A stretch of 64,000 bases of DNA from Bdellovibrionales bacterium (GCA_043739185.1 JAYUEN010000286.1:1-64000); one strand, 5' to 3'; shown: positions 27,645 to 38,220, counted from the first letter of the stretch. Notes: generated by a model not told the origin, from the sequence alone. Made by a program: numbers and translations.

Positions 27645-28318
27645 ACGGACTCAATCTCTGTGACTTGTTTCACTTTAAAGTCGGGCTCCTCAAGAGAGTT
27701 CAATGGTTTGAGACGAGCATACTCGCCCTTTGCCACTAAGCAAGCCTTCATCCCGAGAGCTTTAGCGCCGGCGATGTCCGTATCGATACGATCTCCAATG
27801 CTTAATATACTTGAATTCGAAACCTGACTCAAATTTGAGACTTCACGAAATGCCTGCTCTTTGGTTTCACCTTTTGAAAGCTCAACATAAAAAAGCTTTC
27901 TAAAATAACTTTCGATTTTTAATATTTCGACTTTCTGCTTCTGGGTTGAAGCAGATCCCGCAGTTACTAGATAAAGTTCGTATTTGGCTTTTAGTCGCTC
28001 AAGTAAATTTAGAACCTCAGATTCGAGCCTTATCGAACTTTCAACTTTGCGCTCATAAAAAGCCCGATGGCCGGCCGCCGATACCGCTTTGGGATCGGCT
28101 TGTCCCCGTGTTCCCAATTCACGAACGATCCACTCAAAGGCTTGCGTCCGCAAATTCCGCGCGATCAACTCTTTTCTCTTTGCTAAACAAGTCTCGAGAT
28201 CCGAATTGAGTCCTGCTTGAATCATTGCAAGACAGGATTCTCTTTCAGCTTGTGGAACTAAAAGTCGGCTCGTATCGAGTAGCGTATCATCTAAATCAAA
28301 TATCAGTGCACCAAGCAT
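27632..28318 (-). CDS. HAD-superfamily hydrolase
   Basis: FDLDDTL, LVT, K, IGDRIDTDIAGAK motifs. Confidence 0.92.
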   Translation of the reverse strand: MLGALIFDLDDTLLDTSRLLVPQAERESCLAMIQAGLNSDLETCLAKRKELIARNLRTQAFEWIVRELGTRGQADPKAVSAAGHRAFYERKVESSIRLESEVLNLLERLKAKYELYLVTAGSASTQKQKVEILKIESYFRKLFYVELSKGETKEQAFREVSNLSQVSNSSILSIGDRIDTDIAGAKALGMKACLVAKGEYARLKPLNSLEEPDFKVKQVTEIESVCRL

Positions 28319-28325
28319 GGTTTTC

Positions 28326-29021
28326 CTAAGGAATTATACGTTCGGATCGATCGCTAAAAATTTCTTTCATTGCGGTTTCAAAGCGCGGCCAAATCTGAGA
28401 AAAATCTTTGAGATTTTCTTGCTCTTCAATACAGATAATCGGAACGCCAGCGTCGAACCAGCCATATTGTCCCAAGCTTCCTGGAGTTTTATAACCAATA
28501 TCAGGACGTGATACATAGCCCGAACTACGGGTCAGCCGCTCACTATCTCGTCTCCCACGCTCCCCGGTATAGACGATGCAGGGTTCCCAAGAGTGACAGT
28601 GAATGAGCAATCTCGGCTGAAGATCCTTTATGAGTTGAACAAGCGCATAAACCTCTGGCTCTGAGTTTGGGCGCTGACCAGGATAATAACGCTCTTTTTG
28701 AAATTCGGCGGACCAATCGCTTGAAGGAAAATTTCGATTGAGATCTACGCCATTCGCATTGACTCTCTGCTTTTTATTGAATCCATCGATATTCAAACAG
28801 GGAATGACCACCCAATCTACAAGTTGAGATTGATCTGAAACTTTGAGCCACTCGAGGCACTGCTTTGCCAGGTACACACCCTCAGGCTCATCACCATGTA
28901 CGCCGCCTACTAAAATGATGGGATTCTTAAGCCGAGCAAACTCCGACTGTGCACATATAGATACACAAGTTCCTATTGAGGTTTTTATCCAACAATCTAA
29001 TGAGAAAATCATTGTTTTCAA
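28326..29021 (-). CDS. mpaA: M14 zinc carboxypeptidase, murein peptide amidase MpaA-like
   Basis: GGVHGDEPEG, NANGVDLNRNFP, HCHS, IGYKTPGSLG; no signal peptide. Confidence 0.75.
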   Translation of the reverse strand: MKTMIFSLDCWIKTSIGTCVSICAQSEFARLKNPIILVGGVHGDEPEGVYLAKQCLEWLKVSDQSQLVDWVVIPCLNIDGFNKKQRVNANGVDLNRNFPSSDWSAEFQKERYYPGQRPNSEPEVYALVQLIKDLQPRLLIHCHSWEPCIVYTGERGRRDSERLTRSSGYVSRPDIGYKTPGSLGQYGWFDAGVPIICIEEQENLKDFSQIWPRFETAMKEIFSDRSERIIP

Positions 29022-29069
29022 GTTACTCGAATCTTGACCTAGTTGTCGAGTTGCGATTAGGCTTGGCCA

Positions 29070-30491
29070 ATGGCAAAAAAAGAATTTTCAGTTATTATTT
29101 TGGCTGCTGGTAAGGGCACGAGAATGAAGTCCCCCTTGCCCAAAGTCCTGCATCCGGTGGCTGGCACACCCATGATTAAAAAGGTGATCGACGCTGCAAA
29201 AGCCGCGGGCGCACACGAAATTCGCATTGTCTTAGGTCATGGGGAAAGTTTGGTTCGAAAAGTAGTCGAACCAATGGGCGTCACTTGTTTTACTCAGGCG
29301 AAGCAACTTGGCACTGCCGATGCTGTAAAGTCTGCTGAACCCAAAAGCCTTCAGGGAACTGTCCTCATATTAAATGGCGATCACCCTTTGATTTTAGCAA
29401 ATGACATTGAAAAAATTCTCACTGAATTTCATGAAAATTCTTGTGCCCTGGCCGTGGTGACAGCAGAACTGAAGAACCCCGGAAGCCTCGGTCGAATTGT
29501 GAGACATCAAGGCGATCTGCATTCAATTGTTGAAGCCGGCGATGCCTCGAGCGATACATTAAAAATTCGCGAAGTGAACAGCGGGATTTATGTCACCAAA
29601 TCGCAAGTGCTGGTCGAATATCTTCCGATGATTAAAAATCTAAATTCAAAGCAGGAATTTTACCTTACGGATTTGCTCGAGGTTTGCAAAACCGAAGGTG
29701 AAAAGATCATTGCAATAAAGACTTTGCCACAAGTGGCCTTTGGCGTGAATAACCAAAAAGAATTGGCTCAAGCCACAGGAGTATTGTTTAAACGCAAACG
29801 TGAACAATTGATGAGTGAAGGCGTATTATTTATTGATCCGAAAACGACTTATGTTGAAGAGGAATGCTTTGTTGGTCCTGGTAGCGTTCTTTACCCAAGC
29901 GTCTATTTGCGTGGCCGCACTCAAATCGGTGCCTACTGTGTCCTTGAACCAAACTGTTACTTGGCTCATTCAAAAGTCGACGATGGTGTACATATCAAAG
30001 CAGGATCTTATATTGAACAAGCCGTCATCTCAGCGCGGGCTTCGATAGGTCCTTATGCCCACCTCCGCCCAGGAACTGAAATCGGCGTTGAGGCTCATAT
30101 CGGAAATTTCGTTGAATTGAAGAAAACTAAGTTTGGAGCGAGATCCAAAGCCGGGCACCTCTCCTATTTGGGCGATGCCAGCGTTGGCGAGGACGTCAAT
30201 ATCGGTTGTGGGACGATCACTTGTAATTATGCTCCAGATAAAAAGAAATATCGCACTAAAATTGGCGATCGCGTTTTTGTCGGGAGCGATACCCAATTCG
30301 TAGCGCCTGTTGAAATTGGCAATGATTCTTTAATTGCCAGTGGTTCAACGATTACCAAAGATGTTCCTGAGAAATCTTTTGCAATTGCGCGTGGTCGGCA
30401 AGAAAATAAAGTTGGCACTGCCGCGAAATACTTAAAAAAAGATGAAGAGGAAATTTCGAAGTCCAATTCTCCCGATATCGCAGATCGATAA
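29070..30491 (+). CDS. glmU: Bifunctional UDP-GlcNAc pyrophosphorylase / GlcN-1-P acetyltransferase
   Basis: LAAGKGTRMKS, QLGTADA, EFYLTD, hexapeptide repeats, HLSYLGD. Confidence 0.98.
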   Translation: MAKKEFSVIILAAGKGTRMKSPLPKVLHPVAGTPMIKKVIDAAKAAGAHEIRIVLGHGESLVRKVVEPMGVTCFTQAKQLGTADAVKSAEPKSLQGTVLILNGDHPLILANDIEKILTEFHENSCALAVVTAELKNPGSLGRIVRHQGDLHSIVEAGDASSDTLKIREVNSGIYVTKSQVLVEYLPMIKNLNSKQEFYLTDLLEVCKTEGEKIIAIKTLPQVAFGVNNQKELAQATGVLFKRKREQLMSEGVLFIDPKTTYVEEECFVGPGSVLYPSVYLRGRTQIGAYCVLEPNCYLAHSKVDDGVHIKAGSYIEQAVISARASIGPYAHLRPGTEIGVEAHIGNFVELKKTKFGARSKAGHLSYLGDASVGEDVNIGCGTITCNYAPDKKKYRTKIGDRVFVGSDTQFVAPVEIGNDSLIASGSTITKDVPEKSFAIARGRQENKVGTAAKYLKKDEEEISKSNSPDIADR

Positions 30492-30502
30492 AAGAGGCAA
30501 TA

Positions 30503-32389
30503 ATGTGTGGAATCGTTGGGTACTTTGGCCCTCACAATCCTAAAGATGTCATTATCAACGGACTTAAAAAATTAGAGTATCGGGGCTATGATTCGGCTGG
30601 TGTTGCCATTTTAGATCATGGCAATTTTAAAATAGTGCGCGCCTCTGGCAAACTCTCTGAACTCCAAAAAAAACTTGAAACCGAAAGTTTTGATGGTCAC
30701 ATCGGCATAGGACATACGCGCTGGGCAACCCACGGCGTCCCAAGTGAACGCAATGCCCATCCTCACTCAGTTGATGGCGTTAGTCTTGTACACAATGGCA
30801 TTATTGAAAACTATCAAGAGATTAAAATTCAATTGGCAAAAGAAGGCGTCAAATTTTCTTCGGATACGGACTCTGAATTGGTGGCCCACCTCATTGCACG
30901 AGATATTTCTAAAACTCAAAATCTATTAAAATCAGTTCACAATATTTTGCCCAAACTGCGCGGAGCTTATTCGATTGTTGTGGTATGGAAGAATCAGCCC
31001 GACACTTTAGTAGCTTTTAAAAATGGTCCACCACTTATTTTGGGTATCGGAGAAAAGGACGTTGTCCTAGCTAGCGATGTTCAAGCCATAGTTGAGTATA
31101 CAAAAAATATTTTGTATCTAGAGGATTTTGAAAGCGTTGAAGTACGAGGAACTTCTTTTCAGGTCTTCAACGGACAATTCAAGCCTATAACCAAAAAACC
31201 CCATGTGATTGAGTGGAATTCTAAGGTCATTGAAAAGGCCGGTTTTGATAGCTTTATGTTAAAAGAAATCTTTGAGGAACCCCGTGCCGTTGCAAGTGCT
31301 ATGGCCCCGCATATCAACCTCGAAAAAATGCATGTGCAATTGAGCGGCTTAGGCTTTTCAGTCGACAGTTTTGAAAAGCTTTCGAAATTAGATTTGAAAC
31401 TTGATCATCTCAAAACCTTAGAGGTTTTTCGCGAGATCGATCGTATCTTTATCATTGCCTGTGGCACGAGCTTTTATGCAGGCCAAGTCGGCGAATATTT
31501 GATTGAGAATTTTGCAAAAGTGCCGGTTGAAGTCGATATTGCCAGTGAGTTTCGCTACCGTGATCCGGTCATTCCTAAAAATTCAATGGTGATCGTAGTT
31601 TCTCAAAGTGGAGAAACCGCAGATACACTCGCAGCCCTTCGCCTTGCGCGGCAAGCGGGCGCACGCACCCTCAGCATCACCAATGTCAAACACTCAAGTA
31701 TTGACCGCGAAGCTCAGGGACATCTCTATCTCAATGCAGGCACTGAAGTCGGAGTCGCCAGCACCAAGGCTTTCGTTGCCACTCTCGCGATATTCAATCT
31801 CCTTGCTTTGCAAATCGCCAAAGCAAGAGAGCAGCTAACTGAGCAGCAAGAAAATCACAATTTACATGCCTTGTTGGCCGCACCCTCACAGATGGAGGGC
31901 GTTCTTTCCTATGATAAATTTTTTAATGAAGCGGCCAAGCATTTTAAATCCTTTAAGGGTCTGCTTTATATGGGGAGAGGAATTAGCTTTCCACTCGCAA
32001 TGGAAGGCGCCCTTAAGCTCAAAGAGCTTGCCTATATGCACGCAGAAGGCTACGCCGCAGGTGAAATGAAACACGGGCCCTTGGCGTTGATTGACGAGCG
32101 CATGCTGATTGTAATGGTTGCTCCACGGGACAAGCACTTCGAGAAAACCTTAAGCAATTTACAAGAAGCCAAAGCCCGAGGCGGTAAAATTATCTCGATT
32201 GGAACTGGCGAGTGTCGTGAGCTAAAAGACTTGAGTGAATACTATTTATCACTTCCCCAGGCCGACTGGTTCATAAACCCATTACTTGAGGTTATTCCAC
32301 TCCAGCTCTTGGCTTATCATGTTGCCCGCGCTCTCAACTACGATGTTGATCAGCCACGCAATTTAGCGAAATCTGTAACTGTTGAATAA
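30503..32389 (+). CDS. glmS: Glutamine--fructose-6-phosphate aminotransferase
   Basis: MCGIVG, LEYRGYDSAG, GHTRWATHG, SQSGETADT, PRNLAKSVTVE. Confidence 0.99.
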   Translation: MCGIVGYFGPHNPKDVIINGLKKLEYRGYDSAGVAILDHGNFKIVRASGKLSELQKKLETESFDGHIGIGHTRWATHGVPSERNAHPHSVDGVSLVHNGIIENYQEIKIQLAKEGVKFSSDTDSELVAHLIARDISKTQNLLKSVHNILPKLRGAYSIVVVWKNQPDTLVAFKNGPPLILGIGEKDVVLASDVQAIVEYTKNILYLEDFESVEVRGTSFQVFNGQFKPITKKPHVIEWNSKVIEKAGFDSFMLKEIFEEPRAVASAMAPHINLEKMHVQLSGLGFSVDSFEKLSKLDLKLDHLKTLEVFREIDRIFIIACGTSFYAGQVGEYLIENFAKVPVEVDIASEFRYRDPVIPKNSMVIVVSQSGETADTLAALRLARQAGARTLSITNVKHSSIDREAQGHLYLNAGTEVGVASTKAFVATLAIFNLLALQIAKAREQLTEQQENHNLHALLAAPSQMEGVLSYDKFFNEAAKHFKSFKGLLYMGRGISFPLAMEGALKLKELAYMHAEGYAAGEMKHGPLALIDERMLIVMVAPRDKHFEKTLSNLQEAKARGGKIISIGTGECRELKDLSEYYLSLPQADWFINPLLEVIPLQLLAYHVARALNYDVDQPRNLAKSVTVE

Positions 32390-32800
32390 AATTTGAATTG
32401 CCTAGCGTGTTCCGAGTGATTTTTGAGTAAAAAGCACATTTTTCTCGAATTTCTTTGCTTCATAAAATAATCTGCATTAACTCCTCCTTCACAAATAAAT
32501 TTGTCTCAATCATTTGGGGAAACGAACTTGGAAAAAGTAGTCTATATTTTTGCAGCCGCCTTGCTCATAAAGCTTCTTGCGGGTGTCTTAGTTTTGTTCT
32601 AATCCTTTCGAGAATTAAAGCTTATCACTTTTTAACTTTAGCAATTTGTGGCCCGAGCCTTGCTATCAGATTTGTAAATGCGACCAAAGCCATTGCTTTG
32701 AGTTCAACTAGTAAAATTTACCAGGCCCAAGTAAAAATTGGCTATAGAAATTAAAAAGCCTAGCGTTTTCAAAGCCTCAAGAAAGAAAGTAAGTAGCGAA

Positions 32801-33523
32801 ATGTCTTTTAATTTTCAAAGTATCGGGACTGTCGAATCCTCCTATAAAGAGCGTTTCGGAACGCCAAGACAGCCTGGCCTCGTACCTCTATCGCGGGCTA
32901 AAATTCTCATTCGGCCTGAGTTTCAAGGGGCCCTCGAGGGACTCGAAAGCTTTTCGCATCTCTGGATCATTTTTGTCTTTCATCAAAATACCAATAAAAG
33001 TATTAAAAACAAAATTCATCCTCCTCGGATGAACGGAGAGAAAATCGGCGTATTTGCTTCAAGATCCCCGCATCGCCCCAATCCCATTGGTTTATCTGGG
33101 GTTAAACTTTTGAAAATAACGGACAATGAACTTCTCGTTGGAGGAGTCGATTTTATCGAAGGGACTCCCATTCTCGATATCAAGCCTTATGTTCCGAGCT
33201 TTGATGCCATTAGCGAGGCCAACGAAGGCTGGCTCGAAACCAAACCGCTTCAGCGAATTTCTGTTGAGTTTGAAGAACTCGCACTTTCTAAAATTGCGAA
33301 CTATGCAGAAAGATCAAAGTATCATTCATCTGATGCCTTAAAAGAGCTAATTCAAACCAGTCTTGAGTTAGACCCTCGTCCGAATTTTTACAAAGGAAGC
33401 CTAGCGAATCCGGACCCTTACATGAGCGAGTATGGTTTTTGTTTGGAAGATTTTAATGTGGTTTTTCAAATGCGAAACGGAATTGCGTTCGTAACTGATC
33501 TGGTTTTGGATTTTCGAAAATAA
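32801..33523 (+). CDS. tsaA: tRNA m6t6A37 methyltransferase TrmO/TsaA
   Basis: FGTPRQPG, GVFASRSPHRPNPIGLS, GTPILDIKPY, DPRP. Start 32801 or 32738. Confidence 0.92.
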   Translation: MSFNFQSIGTVESSYKERFGTPRQPGLVPLSRAKILIRPEFQGALEGLESFSHLWIIFVFHQNTNKSIKNKIHPPRMNGEKIGVFASRSPHRPNPIGLSGVKLLKITDNELLVGGVDFIEGTPILDIKPYVPSFDAISEANEGWLETKPLQRISVEFEELALSKIANYAERSKYHSSDALKELIQTSLELDPRPNFYKGSLANPDPYMSEYGFCLEDFNVVFQMRNGIAFVTDLVLDFRK

Positions 33524-33566
33524 AACTGCTTGATTAAGGGTCATTGCGTCCAGTAAAAGTGTTTGG

Positions 33567-33579
33567 ACCGACCGTCGGT
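33567..33579. promoter_or_regulatory. Palindrome ACCGAC-C-GTCGGT, possible TetR-type operator
   Basis: Perfect 6-bp arms 30 nt before the oxygenase start. Confidence 0.4.
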
Positions 33580-33609
33580 TGCATAGTCTTTTAATCTTGA
33601 GGGGGATTT

Positions 33610-34599
33610 ATGGAATCAATGTTAAACACGACCATCGCTAAAAACCAATCTGCCAGTACGCTTCGAAAGGTTCCCGAACTCAGTTTGAATAGTTATTTAT
33701 TAGGCGGCGCAACCGATCGCGCACGCTTTATTGAGCAGTTCTTTTATGGACTCAAAGACTACGGCTTCATCGTATTGAAAGATCACAATGTTGAAGTGAG
33801 TTTACTCAAGCATGCGTACGAACTTATGCATAAGCTCTTTGATCTGCCCGTTGAGACTAAAAATAAATATGCGCTTTTTGATCATGGTTTTCAACGTGGC
33901 TATACTCCTTTCGGAACCGAGCATGCTAAGAACAATCCAATTTCAGATTTAAAAGAATTTTGGCATATCGGTCGCGAAATCACGAAGGGTCATCGCTACG
34001 AAAAGTTTTATTTCGAAAATGTTTGGCCAACTGAAATCGCAGAATTCAAAGCAGTATTCTCAAAGATCTATAAAGCCTTAGATGAGACTGGCCTGGCTTT
34101 ACTTGAAACCCTCGCTGGCCCTTTAGATGTCCCGAATGGTTTCTTAAGCTCCATGGCCAATGATGGAAATTCTATTTTGCGTTTACTACACTATCCGCCA
34201 ATTCCTGAAGGCGCTGATCCTCGCAGCATCCGAGCCGCCGCTCATGAAGATATTAATTTTATCACGATCTTGGTAAGCGCCACCGCGAGTGGCCTGCAAC
34301 TCAAGGATCATGACGGAACTTGGCTCGACATTGAATCAGATCCGAATTCATTAATCGTCGACGCTGGCGATATGCTATCACGCCTCACCAATGACGTAAT
34401 TCCATCGACCACTCATCGCGTGGTGAACCCGGTTGATTCAAAAACCAGTCGCTACTCGATGCCGTTTTTCATTCACCCTAATCCGGATGCGATGCTGAGT
34501 TGTTTGCCTTCATGCAAGGGTAGTGGCGCCAAATACGAAGACATCACTTCACAAGACTATCTTATGCAGCGCCTGCGCGAGATCGGCCTCTTGAAATAA
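33610..34599 (+). CDS. 2OG-Fe(II) oxygenase, isopenicillin N synthase family
   Basis: QRGYTPFG, DLKEFWH, LRLLHYPP, HED, HRV, RYSMPFF. Confidence 0.92.
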   Translation: MESMLNTTIAKNQSASTLRKVPELSLNSYLLGGATDRARFIEQFFYGLKDYGFIVLKDHNVEVSLLKHAYELMHKLFDLPVETKNKYALFDHGFQRGYTPFGTEHAKNNPISDLKEFWHIGREITKGHRYEKFYFENVWPTEIAEFKAVFSKIYKALDETGLALLETLAGPLDVPNGFLSSMANDGNSILRLLHYPPIPEGADPRSIRAAAHEDINFITILVSATASGLQLKDHDGTWLDIESDPNSLIVDAGDMLSRLTNDVIPSTTHRVVNPVDSKTSRYSMPFFIHPNPDAMLSCLPSCKGSGAKYEDITSQDYLMQRLREIGLLK

Positions 34600-34633
34600 G
34601 GCGCCTGCTAGCATTGCGATGGCTACTCAGACG

Positions 34634-37321
34634 TTATTGCAGTCGACTCAACGAATCTTGCAGTTTCAAAACTTGAGCTTTGAATTGCTCAATTAAAACT
34701 TTATCTGCTGCCACAATATCCTCGGGCGCATTTTTAATATAGTTTTCATTAGCAAGTTTGCCAGCGATGCTTGCAATATCTTTTTGAATTTTCTCAACAC
34801 TTTTGTAGATGCGCTTCACTTCTTCTTCAATATCGACAACGCCCTCGAGCGGCACGATGACATCCACGCCAGCACCCTGCATGCGTACTGGAGTCAAAGC
34901 ACATTTTTGCAAATTACCGGCAGCAGAAATTTCGCAGTCACTCACGCGCGCGAGCCTCATTATGACAACTTTATTATGTCCTAGAACTTTTTGCACACGA
35001 TCATCTAATGGCGCCAGCCGTACTTTGAGCTGGACTCCAGGTTTTATCTGATTCTCACCACGAATATTTCGGATCGCAGTGATAACCTCTTTTACTAATT
35101 CCATTTCAAAGGCAGCTTCTTTGCTACCCACCGCATACCAGGCTTTGTCATTTCTCAAAGTCGGAAACTGATCGACTATCAAAGCTTCACTCTTAATGGG
35201 GAGCTTTTGATAAATCTCTTCGGTGATAAATGGCAAAAACGGATGCAAGAATCTCATAATACGATTCAGTGTTTGCGCAAGAACCAATTGCGTGGCCGTA
35301 CGTTCACTAGATGCTTCTCCGTAAATAATTGGCTTAACCAATTCGAGATACCAATCGCAAAAGTCATTCCACACAAAAGCATAGAGAGCATTGGCCGCAT
35401 CGGCAAAACGATATTCCTCTAAGGCGGATTCAACCACTCTGGATACTTGAGATTGTCGAAAGATGATCCATTTATCGGGAATCGAAAGATCGACTTCAAT
35501 TGGCAAAGCCTTTACACCTTCTGTTGGAACTTTAAAATCAGCAAGAGCCGTTAATGAAAAGCGCGTCGCATTCCAAATCTTATTCATGAAATTGCGATAA
35601 CCCTCCAAACGTGATTCAGAAAATTTGAGATCACGTCCTCCTGAAACTTGAGCCATGAGAGTGAATCGCAAAGCATCGGCTCCGTATTCATTGATGAGTT
35701 CGACTGGATCAAGTGAATTGCCCGATGACTTCGACATCTTTTTGCCTTCAGCATCCCGAATCAGTCCGTGAACATAGACCTTTCGAAATGGAACATCTTT
35801 TTTAAACTCAAGGCCCATCATAATCATGCGAGCGACCCAAAAGAAAATAATGTCATGACCAGTGACTAGAACATTAGTCGGATAAAAAGTTTTTTGAGTC
35901 TCGGTGTCTTGTGGCCATCCCATTGTACTAAAAGGCCAAAGTGCAGAACTAAACCAAGTATCGAGCACATCTTCATCTTGAACAAGTTTAGCGCTTGTAC
36001 AATGAAGACACTTGGTTGGAGCATTTTCACTCACTGTTAAATGCTGATTTTCACAAGTCCAAGCCGGAATTCGATGTCCCCACCATAATTGCCGAGAGAT
36101 ACACCAATCTTCAATGATGCTCATCCAATGCAAATATATTTTCATATAGGATTCAGGTTCAAATTGAATGGTCCCGGTTTCGACTACACTTCGGGCGGCG
36201 GTTGCCAATGCCGAAACTCTCACAAACCACTGTTCACTCAAAAAAGGCTCAACCACCGCACCCGAACGAGAGCAGTATCCAATTGAATGTTTATGTACTT
36301 CTTCTTTTTGAAGAAGCCCGAGTTCTTTCAAATCAGCAATGACCTTCTTGCGCGCTTCTTGTACTTTGAGGCCCTTGTAAGCACCGGCGTTTTCATTGAG
36401 GGTGCCATTCTTATTAAGCAAATTAATTACTTGAAGCTTATGTCTGACTCCAACATTGTAATCATTGAAATCGTGCGCTGGCGTAATTTTTACGACACCA
36501 GTCCCGAACTCTCTTTCGACATATTCGTCCGCAATAATCGGGATTTTTCGCTTTGTTAATGGCAGCAATACATTTTTGCCAATTAATTTTTTATAACGCT
36601 CATCTTCAGGATGAACCGCCACTGCCGTATCGCCCAGCATGGTTTCGGGCCTAGTGGTCGCAACCGTTAATATTTCTCCGGTATGCTCAACAGGATAATC
36701 AATGTGAAAAAGCGTTCCCTTGGTTTCTTTGTGTTCGACCTCAAGATCACTAATCGCAGTCTCAAGTGGCCACGACCAATTGATGAGCTTGGTTCCCTTA
36801 TAAATAAGACCACGCTTATGTAAGTCGACAAAAACCTTTCGCACCGAACGACTCACACTTTCATCGAGAGTAAAAACCTGACGATCCCAGTCGCACGAAT
36901 CTCCAAGTCGTTTCATTTGATCATAAATGCGGGTTCCGTATTGGTGCTTCCACTCCCAAACTTTTTCAAGAAATTTTTCTCGGCCCATTTCTTTGCGATT
37001 GAGATTTTCTTTTTTGAGTTCACGTTCGACCACGGATTGAGTGGCGATCCCCGCGTGATCCGTCCCGGGAATCCACACTGCATTGAAGCCCATCATGCGC
37101 TTAAAGCGAATGAGCACATCTTGTATTGTGTGATCAAGCGCATGTCCGAGATGCAAATGTCCGGTTACATTTGGCGGCGGCAAAATAATACTGTAAGGCG
37201 GCTTGGTCGACTGATCTGCGCCTTTAAAATATCCGCCGGACTCCCAAAATTTATAGATACGCGCCTCGACTTCAGTCGGTGCATATCGATCGGTCAACGA
37301 ATTTGGATTGTTCTCGCTCAT
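34634..37321 (-). CDS. valS: Valyl-tRNA synthetase
   Basis: PPPNVTGHLHLGH, ATTRPETMLGD, WCISRQLWWGH, KMSKS, C-terminal coiled coil. Confidence 0.99.
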   Translation of the reverse strand: MSENNPNSLTDRYAPTEVEARIYKFWESGGYFKGADQSTKPPYSIILPPPNVTGHLHLGHALDHTIQDVLIRFKRMMGFNAVWIPGTDHAGIATQSVVERELKKENLNRKEMGREKFLEKVWEWKHQYGTRIYDQMKRLGDSCDWDRQVFTLDESVSRSVRKVFVDLHKRGLIYKGTKLINWSWPLETAISDLEVEHKETKGTLFHIDYPVEHTGEILTVATTRPETMLGDTAVAVHPEDERYKKLIGKNVLLPLTKRKIPIIADEYVEREFGTGVVKITPAHDFNDYNVGVRHKLQVINLLNKNGTLNENAGAYKGLKVQEARKKVIADLKELGLLQKEEVHKHSIGYCSRSGAVVEPFLSEQWFVRVSALATAARSVVETGTIQFEPESYMKIYLHWMSIIEDWCISRQLWWGHRIPAWTCENQHLTVSENAPTKCLHCTSAKLVQDEDVLDTWFSSALWPFSTMGWPQDTETQKTFYPTNVLVTGHDIIFFWVARMIMMGLEFKKDVPFRKVYVHGLIRDAEGKKMSKSSGNSLDPVELINEYGADALRFTLMAQVSGGRDLKFSESRLEGYRNFMNKIWNATRFSLTALADFKVPTEGVKALPIEVDLSIPDKWIIFRQSQVSRVVESALEEYRFADAANALYAFVWNDFCDWYLELVKPIIYGEASSERTATQLVLAQTLNRIMRFLHPFLPFITEEIYQKLPIKSEALIVDQFPTLRNDKAWYAVGSKEAAFEMELVKEVITAIRNIRGENQIKPGVQLKVRLAPLDDRVQKVLGHNKVVIMRLARVSDCEISAAGNLQKCALTPVRMQGAGVDVIVPLEGVVDIEEEVKRIYKSVEKIQKDIASIAGKLANENYIKNAPEDIVAADKVLIEQFKAQVLKLQDSLSRLQ

Positions 37322-37380
37322 GAACCTCGACCCCCAGTTTGGATTTAGAGTTTAACACTTTAAGCCGCGGGGAGACAACT

Positions 37381-37632
37381 TCATTCCGGAAGTTCTTCGC
37401 TTCTATTGATCTCGTAAAATTTAAAGTTGTGTTCATTTATTTCTTGGACTTGGTCGAGACTTTCGAGTTCGAGCCCCGCGTCAGGTCTAAAGGGATCCGA
37501 ATCATTCAGCCACGTGGCCCTTGCCCGCGCTTGCGAATTGAGATTTGAAACTTGTAGAAAGAGCGTTGCAACCAATACCGCGAAAAACAAGAGCGCGGCT
37601 GTACTCATTTTATATAGTTTATTTTCTTTCAA
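37381..37632 (-). CDS. Small single-pass membrane or exported protein
   Basis: Probable TTG start 37632 (GGAG 7 nt upstream) giving MKENKLYKMSTAALLFFAVLVATLFLQV; ORF track starts 37764. Confidence 0.55.
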   Translation of the reverse strand: MKENKLYKMSTAALLFFAVLVATLFLQVSNLNSQARARATWLNDSDPFRPDAGLELESLDQVQEINEHNFKFYEINRSEELPE

Positions 37633-37684
37633 AGCAGGGCTCCAGGTGACGTTCCATTTATTATTCTCTGACCTATTATCACGT

Positions 37685-37700
37685 AGCGAAGCTCGTGCCA
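37685..37700 (-). promoter_or_regulatory. Sigma54 -24/-12 promoter
   Basis: TGGCACGAGCTTCGCT (GG-N10-GC, one mismatch to consensus). Confidence 0.6.
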
Positions 37701-37781
37701 GCGTCTCTGCTTCTAAAAAGCTCCTCAAGCCATCAGCACGATTGAAAATTAGACAAATTTGCAATTTGGGTCACTGACTCT

Positions 37782-38174
37782 TTATCTGTTTAAAATGCGA
37801 GGGCATGAAGTCGCAGGCTTATTCGAACCAATATATCTTAAACTCACCAGAATGAGGTCCGTTGGATCTTTGCTCATATTATTGTAAGTTAGATTCGCCT
37901 GAAAAATTCCTGCAAGATAAACCATATCCTCAGGAAGAGAAGGACCAGACTTCATAAGAGTCTTTGAAACCACGGCGCCATTCATTTTACTTACGAGATA
38001 GATATTGCGAAGGCCTGGCCCTTGTTCAATTTCAACATCGTATTTCAATGGCTCTGCGACTTGAGTTTGTTTAGGTAACTTACTGCAATCAAAATCATTC
38101 ACAATCGTATGCGCTTGACTTGAAAGACTCATAAAAAGAGCCGCTACACTCGCCAGAAAAGCTTGTGCTTTCAT
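37782..38174 (-). CDS. Hypothetical secreted protein
   Basis: ATG 38174 with AAGGAG RBS; signal peptide ending SQA; Cys near both ends. Confidence 0.75.
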   Translation of the reverse strand: MKAQAFLASVAALFMSLSSQAHTIVNDFDCSKLPKQTQVAEPLKYDVEIEQGPGLRNIYLVSKMNGAVVSKTLMKSGPSLPEDMVYLAGIFQANLTYNNMSKDPTDLILVSLRYIGSNKPATSCPRILNR

Positions 38175-38220
38175 ATAATCTCCTTGTTTTGTTTGAATTT
38201 CATTCTTTGCAGGAGCTATG

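Noticed and set aside
32390..32450. Tn7 insertion at glmS
   Set aside because: No tns genes and no repeated TnsB-binding sites recognised.
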